Part shown: in pieces, positions 23,201 to 35,667 of the stretch
Layout of the letters: each line of letters opens with the position of its first letter
How positions within the stretch are numbered: the first letter of the stretch is position 1
The notes under the pieces: generated by a model
The model's database searches: none
Seen by the model: only the letters and a program-made list of their open reading frames with translations
Told to the model about the DNA's origin: nothing
NCBI GenBank assembly: GCA_043228905.1
Contig: JBHGNT010000022.1
Span: forward strand, 12,090,001-12,154,000
DNA from: Azolla caroliniana
Taxonomy: Eukaryota; Plantae; Polypodiophyta
Length of the DNA stretch: 64,000 bases
Direction of reading: 5' to 3'
Made by a program: the position numbers and the translations under genes

Positions 23201-24924
23201 TTGGTACACCGTAGCATGCTTCGACCCTATCCTAATATCCACAATGACCCTAATCTTACAGTCACTGTCATGCAAAGAGTGTTACAATCTTGGCCAAGTA
23301 TAATACCGCCAATTTTATACATGCAACTCGACAACACAGCCAGAGAAAATAAAAACTCGACTGTGTTTGGTTATTTAAGCATGCTAATAGAGAGGGGCAT
23401 ATTTAAAAGATTAAGGTCAACTTCTTACTAGTGGTCATACCCATGATCATATAGATCAAATGTTTAGTAGGTTTTCAACGAAATTAGCACGATCTAATGT
23501 TTTCACGCTTACGACGCTATCAAAGTTGATAAGTGAAGCTTATACCTGGAAGCCAGAAGTACATCATTTGAATGAAATGTATGATTTTAAACTCTTCTGC
23601 GTGGATGGTGATGGGGCTCAATGTAGGGTGCTTGCACCTCTTACTAATATAAGTTTTAACCATGTCTTCCTCATAAAACGAAGTTTTGCGAGCCACAACA
23701 TGATGGTGTTGTATGCAAAACAATACTCATCAAGTTCACAATGGGAGCCACAAGAGGGTTGTAGGCCCTTACTTCATTTTCCGGATGCTCAAATCCATGG
23801 TGCTGAGCAAATGCCATACGATGATCATAAAAAATTGGCTCCCGGTAGTTCATTTGATGAGCAAAGGATATATTGGTTGCGATTCCTAGAAGAGAAACAG
23901 AAAAATATTGAGCGCAGCAAGAAGTATGTTGGTGATCAAGATGTTGAATGGTGGGGTATCTTCTTCACCCATCAATGTACAATTTTAGATAACTACATTG
24001 TCGGATATTGGTCAATGCATACCCCGTTCACATGGAATATTGGGGTGCCATCAATGGTGTCCATGACTCATGATCAATCATTAGATAATATTGAGCTCAA
24101 TAATTTAGTTCGCCCACGACAAAGAGATATTTACGTTGTCGTGAAGAATGTGCTTCACGATATAAAAATGAGCTTAAATGTTGTATTTAATAATATTTGA
24201 GAGACTTGAACCCACATCCTTATATACAAAGTACAATGTACATACCACTAGGCTAGGCTATTTATTTGTAAAAGTGTGTAATAAATGTGCTTCATGATAT
24301 AAGAATGAAGTTATATATTGTATTAAGTAAAATTGAGAGACTTAAACTCTCAACCTTGTATGCCAAACACAAAGTATATACCACTAAGCTAGGTTAGTTA
24401 TTTTAGAATGAATTTTCATCATTATACTTATCTCATATCTATTTTCATACATGGGAGCTCAAGTGAGCATGATGGCTACCATGCATCACGTGCAATACAT
24501 GTGCGCCAAATGGCGATCATGAATTACATGTAACTCATGCATTGCATGCATGCCATGCTCCCATACATTACCATATGCATGGCAACACCTATATAAAGAG
24601 GGGTGAGGAAAACAAGAAAGGGATCAAGAGAAAGAGGGAGAAAAAGGAATTTAAGCAAGTGTTGAAGATATCTTATTCGGTGAAGAGCCTCGCGTTTCAA
24701 AGTGGAAGTGGAAGTCGTGGGTTCAAATCATGGGTCGGTATTGAAAAGATTCATCTTATGATCAAGGATTGTAAAGTTGGTAAAATATTATATTTTTAAT
24801 ATACATCATGTTTATATCATATACTCTTGTTTCTAGAATCATACTTTGTCTCAATCTTCTTTCTTGAATCATACATTGTCTCTATCTTTTATCTATGCTT
24901 GTCTCTATCTTTTATCTATGCTCG

Positions 24925-25003
<79 letters not shown>

Positions 25004-25493
25004 TTACTCGTAACTCTTCGTCTTACTATCCTTAACCATTCTATCATCACCATACAAGCCTTATTAAAAGTTAAGTTTCTTCAACTCCCCTTAACCTTAG
25101 TCCCCGCGACTTCGCCGCACGAACCACAACTACTCTGACAACGTGAGACCAAGAATATCGCGTACTGCAAAGGCAAGATGGCAAGGTAATTTGCATGAGC
25201 TACAAGTTGGAATGTTGGTTGCAACATTAGTTAGGGACGATAACTTGGGCCATCCTTTTTGGATTGCAAAAATTCTTGAATTGATGAAGGATGAACAAGG
25301 CAATCAAGCAAAGTCAATTGTGGTTAATTGGTATCACACGTCTTCCCCATATGCATTTGTTGGAAAGTATTCTTTAGAGATGGTTAAAGATGTTGGAGGC
25401 ACAAGCAGAAAGAGAAGAAGAAAGAAAGTATTGCGCACATCTACTCTCACACTGGACAACGTTGAAATCAACATTAAAAAAATTCAAAATTAA
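23201..25493 (+). pseudogene. DDD-type transposase remnant (DUF7869/Sola-like), N-terminally incomplete, frameshifted and interrupted by a solo LTR
   Basis: LYMQLDNTARENKNSTVFGYLSMLIERGIF..KVNFLLVGHTHDHIDQMFSRFS, reconstructed across two 1-nt frameshifts at ~23410-23435. DIYV|RPRISR is rejoined after removing 24137-25144. C-terminal VGMLVA..PFWIAKI..VNWY domain. Confidence 0.75.
24137..25140 (+). mobile_element. Solo LTR (1004 bp) with 4-bp TSD ACGT
   Basis: TGTC...GACA ends; ACGT at 24133-24136 and 25141-25144; TATA box at ~24590; internal ~137-bp duplication; excision restores the transposase frame. Confidence 0.88.
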
Positions 25494-25651
25494 ATTTTCC
25501 TATCGACCATTCACCTCCCCCAACCTTCCCCTCCCAACCCTTGCCTTCCTAACCTTCAGCTCCTCAACCTCCGCCTCCTCAACCCTCACCTACCAACATG
25601 CACCTCCTTAACCTTCGCCTCAACAAACAAAAAGAAAAGGCAAAAGAAGAA

Positions 25652-26090
25652 ATGGAGCAACCCAACTTTGTGAACCTCCTACATGCCTTTTTCCCAAATA
25701 ATTATAGACTTCTAAATGCCGCCATGCTGTTAAATTACCAAGAGCCAATGGTATTTGACATACTCCCAAAACTCGAGCTCCGATTTTTTCTCAGCATCGA
25801 TGCATGGAACGTCCTTCCGAAGCTACTCCAACGTTTCCTAGAAGGATACAACCCAAAGACCGAGCAAGTGACAATGTGGGAGTTCAAGGATGAAAACTCC
25901 ATGCAATTTCAAATCACAATGGATGACATTTGCAAAACATTGCACTTCATGACTAACCGTCGATGCACCATTCCTCATGAAGAATTTGTTAGATGATGTG
26001 CCCAAATTAACCCTAGCCAATCTAAGCAAATATAAGGGCCACGAAGGGTGGTGATTCTACGAGGTCCTAGAAAACCTACACGACAAATGT
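25652..26090 (+). pseudogene. Fragment of a TE-associated (PMD-like) ORF
   Basis: LLQRFLEGYNPKTEQVT..FQITMDDICKTLHF resembles the N-terminal part of retrotransposon extra-ORF domains; truncated. Confidence 0.4.
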
Positions 26091-26314
26091 TGAAGATAGA
26101 AAGATGAATTCATTGATATATGTGGGGTAGATAGATAGATAGATATATTTTAATGTCCACCACAGGACAGGGGGCCCGGCCAAGCATAGAGAGATTGTCA
26201 TATGTAGGACAAAGTAGAGGGAAAGGCGAGAGACGATCATTGTCAAACATTGGGCCTCGCGAATGCACTAGCCTTCGGTGGGAAGGTATCGTATAATATA
26301 AGGCAAAACAGGGG

Positions 26315-26481
26315 AGAGAATTGTCGTAGGTTGGTCCTTGTGGTGGTCTACTAGGCAAGAGAATTGTCGCAGGTTGGTCCTTGTGGTGGTCAACTAGGCG
26401 AGAGAATTGGCGTACGTTGGTCCTAGTGGTGGTCTACTCGGCAAGAGAAATGTCGTAGATTGGTCCTAGTGGCGGCCTAGG
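26315..26481. repeat. 43-bp minisatellite, about 4 copies
   Basis: Unit AGAGAATTGTCGTAGGTTGGTCCTTGTGGTGGTCTACTAGGCA. Confidence 0.88.
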
Positions 26482-26920
26482 GGAGAGAACCTTTGTATGT
26501 TAGCCCTCGTGAGTGAATGACGCACACGCCCGAGAGCATTCACGACATAGTGAACGTGTCCGCCCACTTAGACACACACACCTTGGAAATATTCGACCCT
26601 ATGCTAATGTGGGTTGCCCATTGTCCATTCATTTTCATCGAATCAATTGAGTTACTTAAATTAGATTTATTAATCAATCTAATTAATTAACTGGATTATT
26701 AATCGATTAGTTAATAATTAAACTCTTAGGTGTGTGTGTGTGTGTGTGTCGCGCCTCTTCTGATCTCGTCCCGTCGCATCCGATTCTTTCCTTCTCTGTC
26801 TCTCCCGCTCCTCCTTCTGATTCTCATTCTCATTCTCCTTTTCATTCTCATTCTCATTCTCTCTCTCTCTCTCTCTCTCGCAATAGCAGAGGAATTAATC
26901 ACACTCTAAGAGATCAGAGG

Positions 26921-27253
26921 ATGACTCGCTACCTCTTCATCCTCCTCCTCATCATCTCCATCCTCTTCATCGACCCCTCTGCTGCAGCAGGTAGTAACAC
27001 CCCCCATGCTCACACACGCGCATTTATGTGTATAATGAAATATGATTAGGGTTAATTAATCCAACATGCTAGGGAATCAATCCCTCCATTCCCTGGAAAC
27101 CCCACAACATGAAATCTGCTATTCAAAATGTGTGTGAAGGAAGCACACGAGCATGAAAATGGATAAGCCAATGGCCATGGTCACGGTCAAGACCACTATC
27201 ATGGTCATGGTCATGGTCATCATGGTCATGGTCATTATATTGATGGTGGCTTT

Positions 27254-27290
<37 letters not shown>

Positions 27291-27503
27291 GAGGGCCCAA
27301 CAAGGGTGATGTCTTCCTATGCGAGGATGTTGGCGTGGAGAGGTGTGCCTTTGGGGTGTCCACCCAAGGGGAGCGTTGTGTCCTAGAGACCAACATCCTC
27401 AAGGATGGGTCCATCCAATTGGAATGCCAGGTATGTAATGTTATGTAATGTTATGTATGTATTATGTATGTATTATGTATGTATGTATGTGTGTGTGTAT
27501 GTA

Positions 27504-27534
<31 letters not shown>

Positions 27535-27560
27535 TATGTATGTATGTATGTGTGTATGTA

Positions 27561-27591
<31 letters not shown>

Positions 27592-28466
27592 ATGTATGTA
27601 TGTATGTATGTATGTATGTATGTATGTATGTATGTATGTATGTATGTATGTATGTATGTATGTATGTATGCATGTATGTATGTATGTATGTATGTATGTG
27701 TGTGTGTGTGCATGTATGTATGTCTATATGTGTGCACGTATTTATGTCTATATGTGTGCACGTATGTATGTCTATATGTGTGCATGTATTTATGTCTATA
27801 TATATGTGTGTGTGCATGTATGTGTGTGTGTATGTTTGCATGTATGTGCGCGCGTGTGTGTGTATGCATGCATGCATGTATGTGTGTGTGTATGCATGCA
27901 CGCATGTGTGTGTGTGTGTGTGACCGTTAAAGAAAACAAGAAACCACGTTGACCCATGTAGTAATCCATTCGTTGGTGTTGATTTTGGCAGACATCTAAG
28001 ATCGTCACGGATCGATTCAATTCATGGATCGAAGATGATGAATGCATAAAAGGGTGTGGACTGAGCAGAATGTCAGTTGGCCTCTCGTCCGATTTCCTAG
28101 GAGAATATGACCTCCAACAGTCCATTTGTTCGAGCTTTTGTTTAGACCAATGTCAGAATATTGTCGAGCTCTTCACCAAGCTTGCAAATGAAGAAGGTAA
28201 AGTTTTTACATGCAAGTTCTTTGGGCTTTTTTACAAAAAGGGGAATAAGAGGGTAATATGTATGCATATAGCTTGTATTCTTTTTGCTTGTGGATGAACA
28301 TAATATCTTCATCATGTCATACTTTGTGGTTATGTCAGGTGTTAGTTTGCAATCGTTATGTGCTAATCGAAGATCAACCTCTCGAAAACTTATCCAAGAC
28401 TTGGCACTGTCAAACGTGGGAACCAATGTCATACAAAGTCTTGGTCAATCTCCTTCACCCTTTTAG
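26921..28466 (+). CDS. PAR1: PAR1-family secreted Cys-rich protein; exons 26921-26990, 27291-27430, 27992-28196, 28339-28466
   Basis: Signal peptide; CEDV..ERCAFGVSTQGERCVLE..ECQTS..WIEDDECIKGCGLSRMSVGLSSD..CSSFCLDQCQNIVELF.KLANEEG; all GT-AG introns with consistent phases. Confidence 0.92.
27431..27922. repeat. Compound (GTAT)n/(GT)n microsatellite filling most of PAR1 intron 2
   Basis: Directly visible. Confidence 0.97.
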
Positions 28467-30039
28467 GATTGAATCCAACAAATGAAAATAGAAACACACA
28501 TTCCAATGTTTCTAATTTTTTAATCGGGAAATACATCAATATGCATCTCGTTTTTTAATCCACTATTAAAATGATTTGTTCTTTTGAGACATCGTCTTCT
28601 ATTAAATCAAAATTTGCGGAAACAATGTTAAGTATTAACATTCTCGTTTCCTCTATTTGGACTACAAAAGTACGAAGCATGCGTTTTGTCTGCCAAATAT
28701 CTCTTGATCATGTCGTGTTTATAATATAAAAGTGATGGAATCATATCAAGATGTTAAGCCATGACAAAATATTATATATCTTTGTACATTTTTTAGGTAG
28801 GCATTAAGTCATATGACAAACTATTATATGAATCTTTATTTATTGGGTTGATATCATATTATCTTATTAGGAAATTTCGCTCACTACAACTTATATAAAG
28901 TTGGAATTGGTACCATTTTGCCAACTTTAAAAAGCACGTGGTAAATATATATAAGGGAGAGATAAGGTCATGTTCTTGTAATAGACTAGCATTGATTTGA
29001 CAACCTCAACTCTCTAAAATAATGTTCGTTCAACATAAGATGTTATTAACCTTAATAACTAACTCAAGAGGTGCATTGTCATCTAAGGAGTCTCTTGTTA
29101 AAGCACCATGCCACGCCGCAAGCACTTGTTTGCAAAAATCCATATTTCTTTTTTCGTAAACTCCTTCTTCTTAATTATTGACATTTGCATTATTTGGTTG
29201 CTTGAATTCTCACAACATCTAGATCTTCATTTCTGCTTATTCATACTTTTGTGTTGGATGCTCCATAATACTTCTTCACATTTATCTACTTGAGCTCAAA
29301 AATTGGTTGAAATAGATATGTACAACTATCCATTTGTGGACAATACTTTAATTTCACATTCTCATCCAATATTAAATCTTCGTATGAATTGGTTTAACCC
29401 TAGATATGCTTGCTCCAACCATGGATCACTCCATTCTTCACAATAGCGATGCCAATTTCATTATTACATGTGATCAATCAACATTCAAAGTCATGTCAAG
29501 AGCTTTTCCAAGGACACATCTTCACATCATGCACAGATCATTGCCCTCTAGCCCCGCTCCTATGAAGATCATGCACACTCGAAGGTTTTTTGTTGAAGAC
29601 TTTTTTTTTATGTTAAATCAAAGACATACACCTAGCAAGAGTTGGTATTTGTCCACTCTCTCCGTCTTTCCACATAAATACTTTAACATTGTTGTTTGCA
29701 TAGTAGTACACATTGGTTGATAGCAAATCTTTGCTCTTCAACAAAAGCAAGCAATGGTAATCACTAAGTATAAGTACTCGGAGCTAGGGAAGATAAACGC
29801 CAAATCTTACACTCAAGGGAAATATGTTGAACCTAAGACATAGACCACATACACCTAAAAAGGTGTTTGTTCACCCTTCCCATATTTCCACATGTAGTAT
29901 TCATGATATTAATGTTACATGGGAGTATATGGCCAACTGTGGAGATTTGCTCTCTGACACAAGCAAGCAAGAGTAATCCGTAGCTCTAACTATTTTGAGA
30001 TAGGGCCAACCATGGCGCTTTGCTTCTTCTTCTTCTTTA

Positions 30040-31250
30040 AAGATATCCTGCCATTAGTATAAACAATTTACAAGATTTTAAAACCTCTATGTGATCGGTG
30101 GGGGAAACAACCATTTCAGCGGTCGAAAATGCCAATAAGGAGTGCCATAATTGGATGTCATGAACGGAGTAGCTGTCCAGATAATAAGAAACTCACTTCG
30201 TTGAGCAATTTTAGCCTCTGAGTCTCCAACTATACCATTCCATTGACCCTTCAAAGTGTGAACTATGTCTAACAAAATGTTTGAAACCACTTCACAAGGT
30301 GGTGTTTTAAGTTGATGAAAAATTAGAGAGCACCGAGCCTTCCAAATGTGATATACAATGGTACTATTCAGTATCTCCCATATTGGTTGGACTTCCTTCC
30401 TTACTCCTGAAAACTGTAATGACAACACTGGTAATGTATGAACACTTCCATATTTAGTGTAAAACCCATGGTCCATAGATTCATTGTCATAATGGAACAC
30501 ATCATAGACAAGTGATGTCCAAACCACCATGCCCCAAGTGAAAACCAATGGGGGAAAATAATTAGCAAAAACTCTAAGGAGTCGTTGTCATATTTGTTGA
30601 GACTCAATGCATTCCCATAAACAATGTTTTTGAGTTTCCATTTGTAATTGACATCGAGTACAACCAGAAGATACTCCCATCCTATGCAACCATGTGCCTA
30701 CCGCCAAGGCCTAGTGTACAACTAACCATTGTACATGCAATATTTTGTGTGGCTGTTTTCTTGCCCATAAGATAGCCCATAAATTTGCAAGGAACTGGGG
30801 AGTAATACCTTGTTGATTCCAATATTGAGATGCAGGCGGCAACACATCACGTGTATCTAAAAGTACATGTCTTCCCAACTGTACAAAATATTGGAAGAAA
30901 TTGAACTTGTTACTCGTGTAAGGATTTGTTCACTGATAATCAATTAGGTACCCAATCTAATCTGAATATCGGTTTTTTAGCTAACACCCACAACTTCCAA
31001 CGTGGCTTTATTTCCTCTATCATTGGATCAATATACCCTTTACGGTCGGCATATCCAATGACCCTTATCTTGTGATCAATAGCATAGGGGTAATCTATCA
31101 CCATTTCCCCTGACTGAGACAATTGGTTTGTTTCATCCACCTCAAACAACCAGTATGTCTTATCATTTGAATACCCCTTCACAGCCAAGAGTACTTCCAA
31201 TCTTGAAAAAACCCCAACCCATCTATGGTTAGCATCATTGGGTGGTTTGC
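30040..31250 (-). mobile_element. 5'-truncated, degraded LINE (3' end of ORF2, zf-RVT/C-terminal region)
   Basis: WEILNSTIVYHIWKARCSLIF..LKGQW, a Trp-rich C-terminal LINE signature; many stops upstream. Confidence 0.7.
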
Positions 31251-33294
31251 TCTTCAACACAAGCAAACAAGAGTAATCCATAACTCTAACTATTTTGAGA
31301 TAGGGAAGATGGAAGTTAAGCCTTATAATCATGGGTGTATTAGTGTTGGTCAAGGGGGTTGGTAGCTAGACTCAAATGTCTCGATAGAACTCAAATAAAG
31401 CAAGAATGACCATCCAAAGGAGAAGCAATACTACAATCAATGAGAATAACGTAGATCAATTAATAGTAAGGGGAATAATGTCATTTGCTTTGGCTTTAAT
31501 ACCCAAATGAGACATAACATTTTGCAATCTAGAATATTGTTCATAAATCAAAGGTATACAAGAAACATGCTCATATGTAAATTTATTACATGGCAATACA
31601 GTAATTTGTGGGTAATTGCCCTCAATTAGACGGCAATTGTAACCCCCAACGAGCTCGTTAATGTAAAAGGGACCTTTTACCATTTTCAATAAAAAGAAAT
31701 GTGCAAGATTTCTCATGTAAACAGAGCGTTTGGGTGCCCCAACTTTTGGTCTAGCTTTTGGTCATCATGCTCTGACTCTCATTCCATCATTACGAGCCAC
31801 TTTCCTCCATGTAGATTTTGTACACTAATTAGTTAAGATATATATATTTCCATTTTTATTTAATTATATGTTTAATTCAATACTTGATATGTTTGTTAAT
31901 TAGTTATTATCTATTTAATTAATACAAACATATTTCTTAATTGATGTTGTGATCAGGTGTGTTTTTTATTTTAGTTCAACTTACGAAGATGATTGCATGG
32001 AGTGGATAGATGACGATGATGAAGAATATGAAACCAATAAGTATTTTGATGGGATACAAATCGAAACAATGTTAGTAACAGGGTTGGCTTCAATGATGAT
32101 ATATAGAAGGTAACTACATTGAGAAATTGTAATTTTTTTATTATACGTGTGTACACGATGTATTTGTAAGAATGTCTTTTTCATGTTCTAGTTGGTGTTT
32201 TGGTCATTGGAGGTCATTGGTGTATTTATGAAAGTTAAAGTATGCTATTGTTGACGATCCCCACATTAATACTTCTACTTTTCTTGTGGGTATTCCCATA
32301 AAGACTCTTTGTGTGCTCTAGGCAAGCTAATGAGAAACATGCAATATTTTGCAGAATCTTAGGAAACATTCAAAAGGTTTCCTTTTAGACAAAATGTTGC
32401 CCATTTCAAGATGGAAACGTGTTTTTGGTCGATAATACAACATTACCATTTTCTATGATTTGATATGTTTTAGAAACTTTTTTCCTTTAAGCTTTATGAA
32501 CACTAACATTTGAATATGGCATCTAGGAAGTTTAAAGAAATCTTTCATTCTTTTTCTAAGAAGGGGCTTTGTTCTTCCTTCCATTATTCATCAATTCATT
32601 GATTCTTCTTCTCCTTCGAATCAATGATTCATACACTAGAAGAGACCGTCATCAATGATCACCATGTTTGTCTTATTTGTTCCTTCTTTGATTGTCCAAG
32701 ATTAACAATACATTTCATACATACATACATACATACATATATATATATATTTCCTCAATCACACTATTTAACCTTTCCAACATTTTAAACTACGCGTATA
32801 TCTTTTAAAAAAAACTTGTCATAATTCATGGTATCATTGCAAGTTTTTTCCCTTCTTTGCACATAGCATTCTTATGTTAATCCTAGTTAAATCCATCACT
32901 ATATCCACCATAACCCATCCTCCTTATCAAGTGAACAAGTTCAATAACAACGACAATATTTCATGTAGATTGCTATATGCTCTCTATTATTTCCATGATA
33001 CAATAAACCGTGTTATATGCCTTCACTATTGTTTATTGTTCAATTGGAATATTTCATGTAGATTGCTATATGCTCTCTATATGTCTTTGAAACAACTTAT
33101 GTCTATTAAAGGTTTAGAGGCTTTTTATTTTCTTTCATGTTTGTTGAGTGTCCTTTAGGCTTTAAATATGTATAATCGTTAAGAGGGAAGGGCTTGTACA
33201 TATGTGCTACTTTAATGGACAACATTGAAGAACAACCTTACGGACTAAGCTATGACAAATTGGGTTTGCTAGACAACCTCACCAATTGATAAAC

Positions 33295-33336
<42 letters not shown>

Positions 33337-34115
33337 GGTCTCATAGGTCATATTTGACCTCTGAACATGATAATAGAATCCATCCATCCATCCATCCATC
33401 TATCTGTGTATGTGTCTGTGCGAGTTGTGATTACCTTACCCTACTAAGCCCAAGCCTTGGGGTCACACCTCTCTATTATACCATTATTACACTATATCGT
33501 ATTTTCTTAATGTAGTAGATGCCATTGTGGAAAGTAGGAGTTAAAGCATTACTTTTTGGTTTCAATTGAACAACCTTACCCACTTAACTACATCCCCGTG
33601 TGTGCGAAAGAGAGAGACTTATTAGATCTTTTGATTTCTACAAAACAACCTTACCAACTTAGTTACATCCATTTGTGTGTGTGTGTGATTTATAAGAGAG
33701 CTTTTGATTTCAACAAACAACCTCACAAACTAAGCTACAACAATCAAGTCTTAATCTCTTTCCTTGTCTGTACGACCAACTTTTATATGTCCAAGAAGAG
33801 GCCATAATTGCCATCATCGTAGCCATAGTCACTATAACCCTTCCTTCTAATGTTAATGCTACTTCTTTAGGGGAATTCAAATCATGAACCAACACAAGGG
33901 TATTTACACTGAACTTTTCCCATATATTCGTGTATTTAAATAAACTTACAAACTAAGTTTAGATTATCCAATAGAGAGAGAGAGAGAGTCATTAAGTACT
34001 CACTTTCACATGTATTACATGAAAATGTTGTATTTTTTGGTTGCATAGGTCATATTTGACATTCGAAGATGATAATAGAATCTCTCTCTCTCTCTCTCTC
34101 TCCCTAATATATATG

Positions 34116-34146
<31 letters not shown>

Positions 34147-35074
34147 TAAGATGGTGAACAAATATATGTGTGCATTATTTTCACATAGAGAGTTTTTATT
34201 GCAGAGAAGTAATCCCCCAGGAAGGAATATATGCAAGATGATATGTTGATTCGGTTCCATAGGTCAAATTTGGCATTGTCATGGACAATAAAACATCTAT
34301 TCTATTCTTTCTTTCTCTCTAAAATAATGGCTTTCATTATGAAAGAAAGAAAACACCACCATGACTAAATACTACTACAACTCCAAACTCAATGCCACCC
34401 TACACACCAATTCACATGGCGAATATGATGATATGTGACCTTGCAAAGTTCTCTCTCTTCATAGTTGAGATTTTGTGACTTCTCAAACACTGACAATTGC
34501 CACAAAAGAAGTCTTTTTAACTTTACACCATATTTTCTCACCCTAATTTGCAAATCAAAAGTGAAGGCATTACCATATATTCCAACTGAAACATAGCCCC
34601 CAATACCCGAAGAACTCAAAAATAATTTGGAAATGAGGCATTGATTCATTGTTCTCCATATATGCAAAAACCCAGCTGAAGGAAGATAGGTTTACTCCAG
34701 TTAGAGACATCCACACTAAATTGATTATACCTCCAAACCATCCTAGCCATCGGGCCTGAAAGAAATCGATGCCTACTCTCTCCCTCTCTTTCGGAGAAGT
34801 TTTCACTATCGTCAAGACCATAACCAATATGGTCACCATAACTCTTCCTTCTGAGGATGATGCCAATGTCGACGATGTTTCTTAGAGTAGCATCAGAAGA
34901 AAAAGCACAAATAAAAAACACCAACACCACTATTACCAGACCATAGCCCATCGGACAAAATCGTAGCAGTTCCTGCTCACCAGTAGGTTTGGGAGTGTGT
35001 TGTTCTAGAGGAGGGGGGGAATTGATTCTCGGGTGGGGTATGTCCGAGATGACGGGTTCCGGGAAAGCTTTTTC

Positions 35075-35123
<49 letters not shown>

Positions 35124-35581
35124 AACAGAGAACTATTGATTAAAAGCACGGGGTCACAGAGTAACGGGCAGACGGAGCAAAACACGATGGGCCCGAGCCC
35201 GGCATGTCCGCTCGCCCGCCTCTTCTTTCATTCATTCATTCTTCTTCTTCATTCATTCATTCATTCATCTTCTTTTCTTTCTTTCTTTTTATTTCTTCTT
35301 CTTCTTCTTCTTCTTCTTCTTTAATAATTTCACTGCATTTACATTTCTTTCTCTTGTTTTCTTGTTTCTGCTCTGAAAAGGAAGGAAAACAAAGAAGAAG
35401 AAAAAGAAGAAGAAGAAGCAGCAGCAGAAGAAGCAGAAGAAGCAGAAGAAGAAGAAGAAGAAGAAGAAGAAGCAGAAGAAGAGCTTTCTTCCCTCTTCCT
35501 TCTTTCCATTCTTTCTCTTTCTTTCTCCTTCTTTCCTTCCTCCCTCCCTCCCGTCTGTCGATCATCGCCATCGCCATCGCC

Positions 35582-35635
35582 ATGTTCGCCGTTAATCCTT
35601 CTTCCACTTCTTCTTCCTCTTCAAGTGGACGAGAT

Positions 35636-35667
<32 letters not shown>

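Noticed and set aside
26315-26481. CRISPR-like array
   Set aside because: Contiguous 43-bp units with no unique spacers, in a eukaryotic context with no cas genes.
27405-28125. MYVC/HTYI-repeat ORFs
   Set aside because: Translations of the GTAT/GT microsatellite in PAR1 intron 2.
29000-29760. Possible decayed transposase fragments (also 31450-32650)
   Set aside because: No motif could be recognised with confidence.
35204-35581. In-frame N-terminal extension of UBP1 (poly-S/R)
   Set aside because: Arises from TTC/GAA microsatellites in the 5' UTR; the plausible start is ATG 35582.
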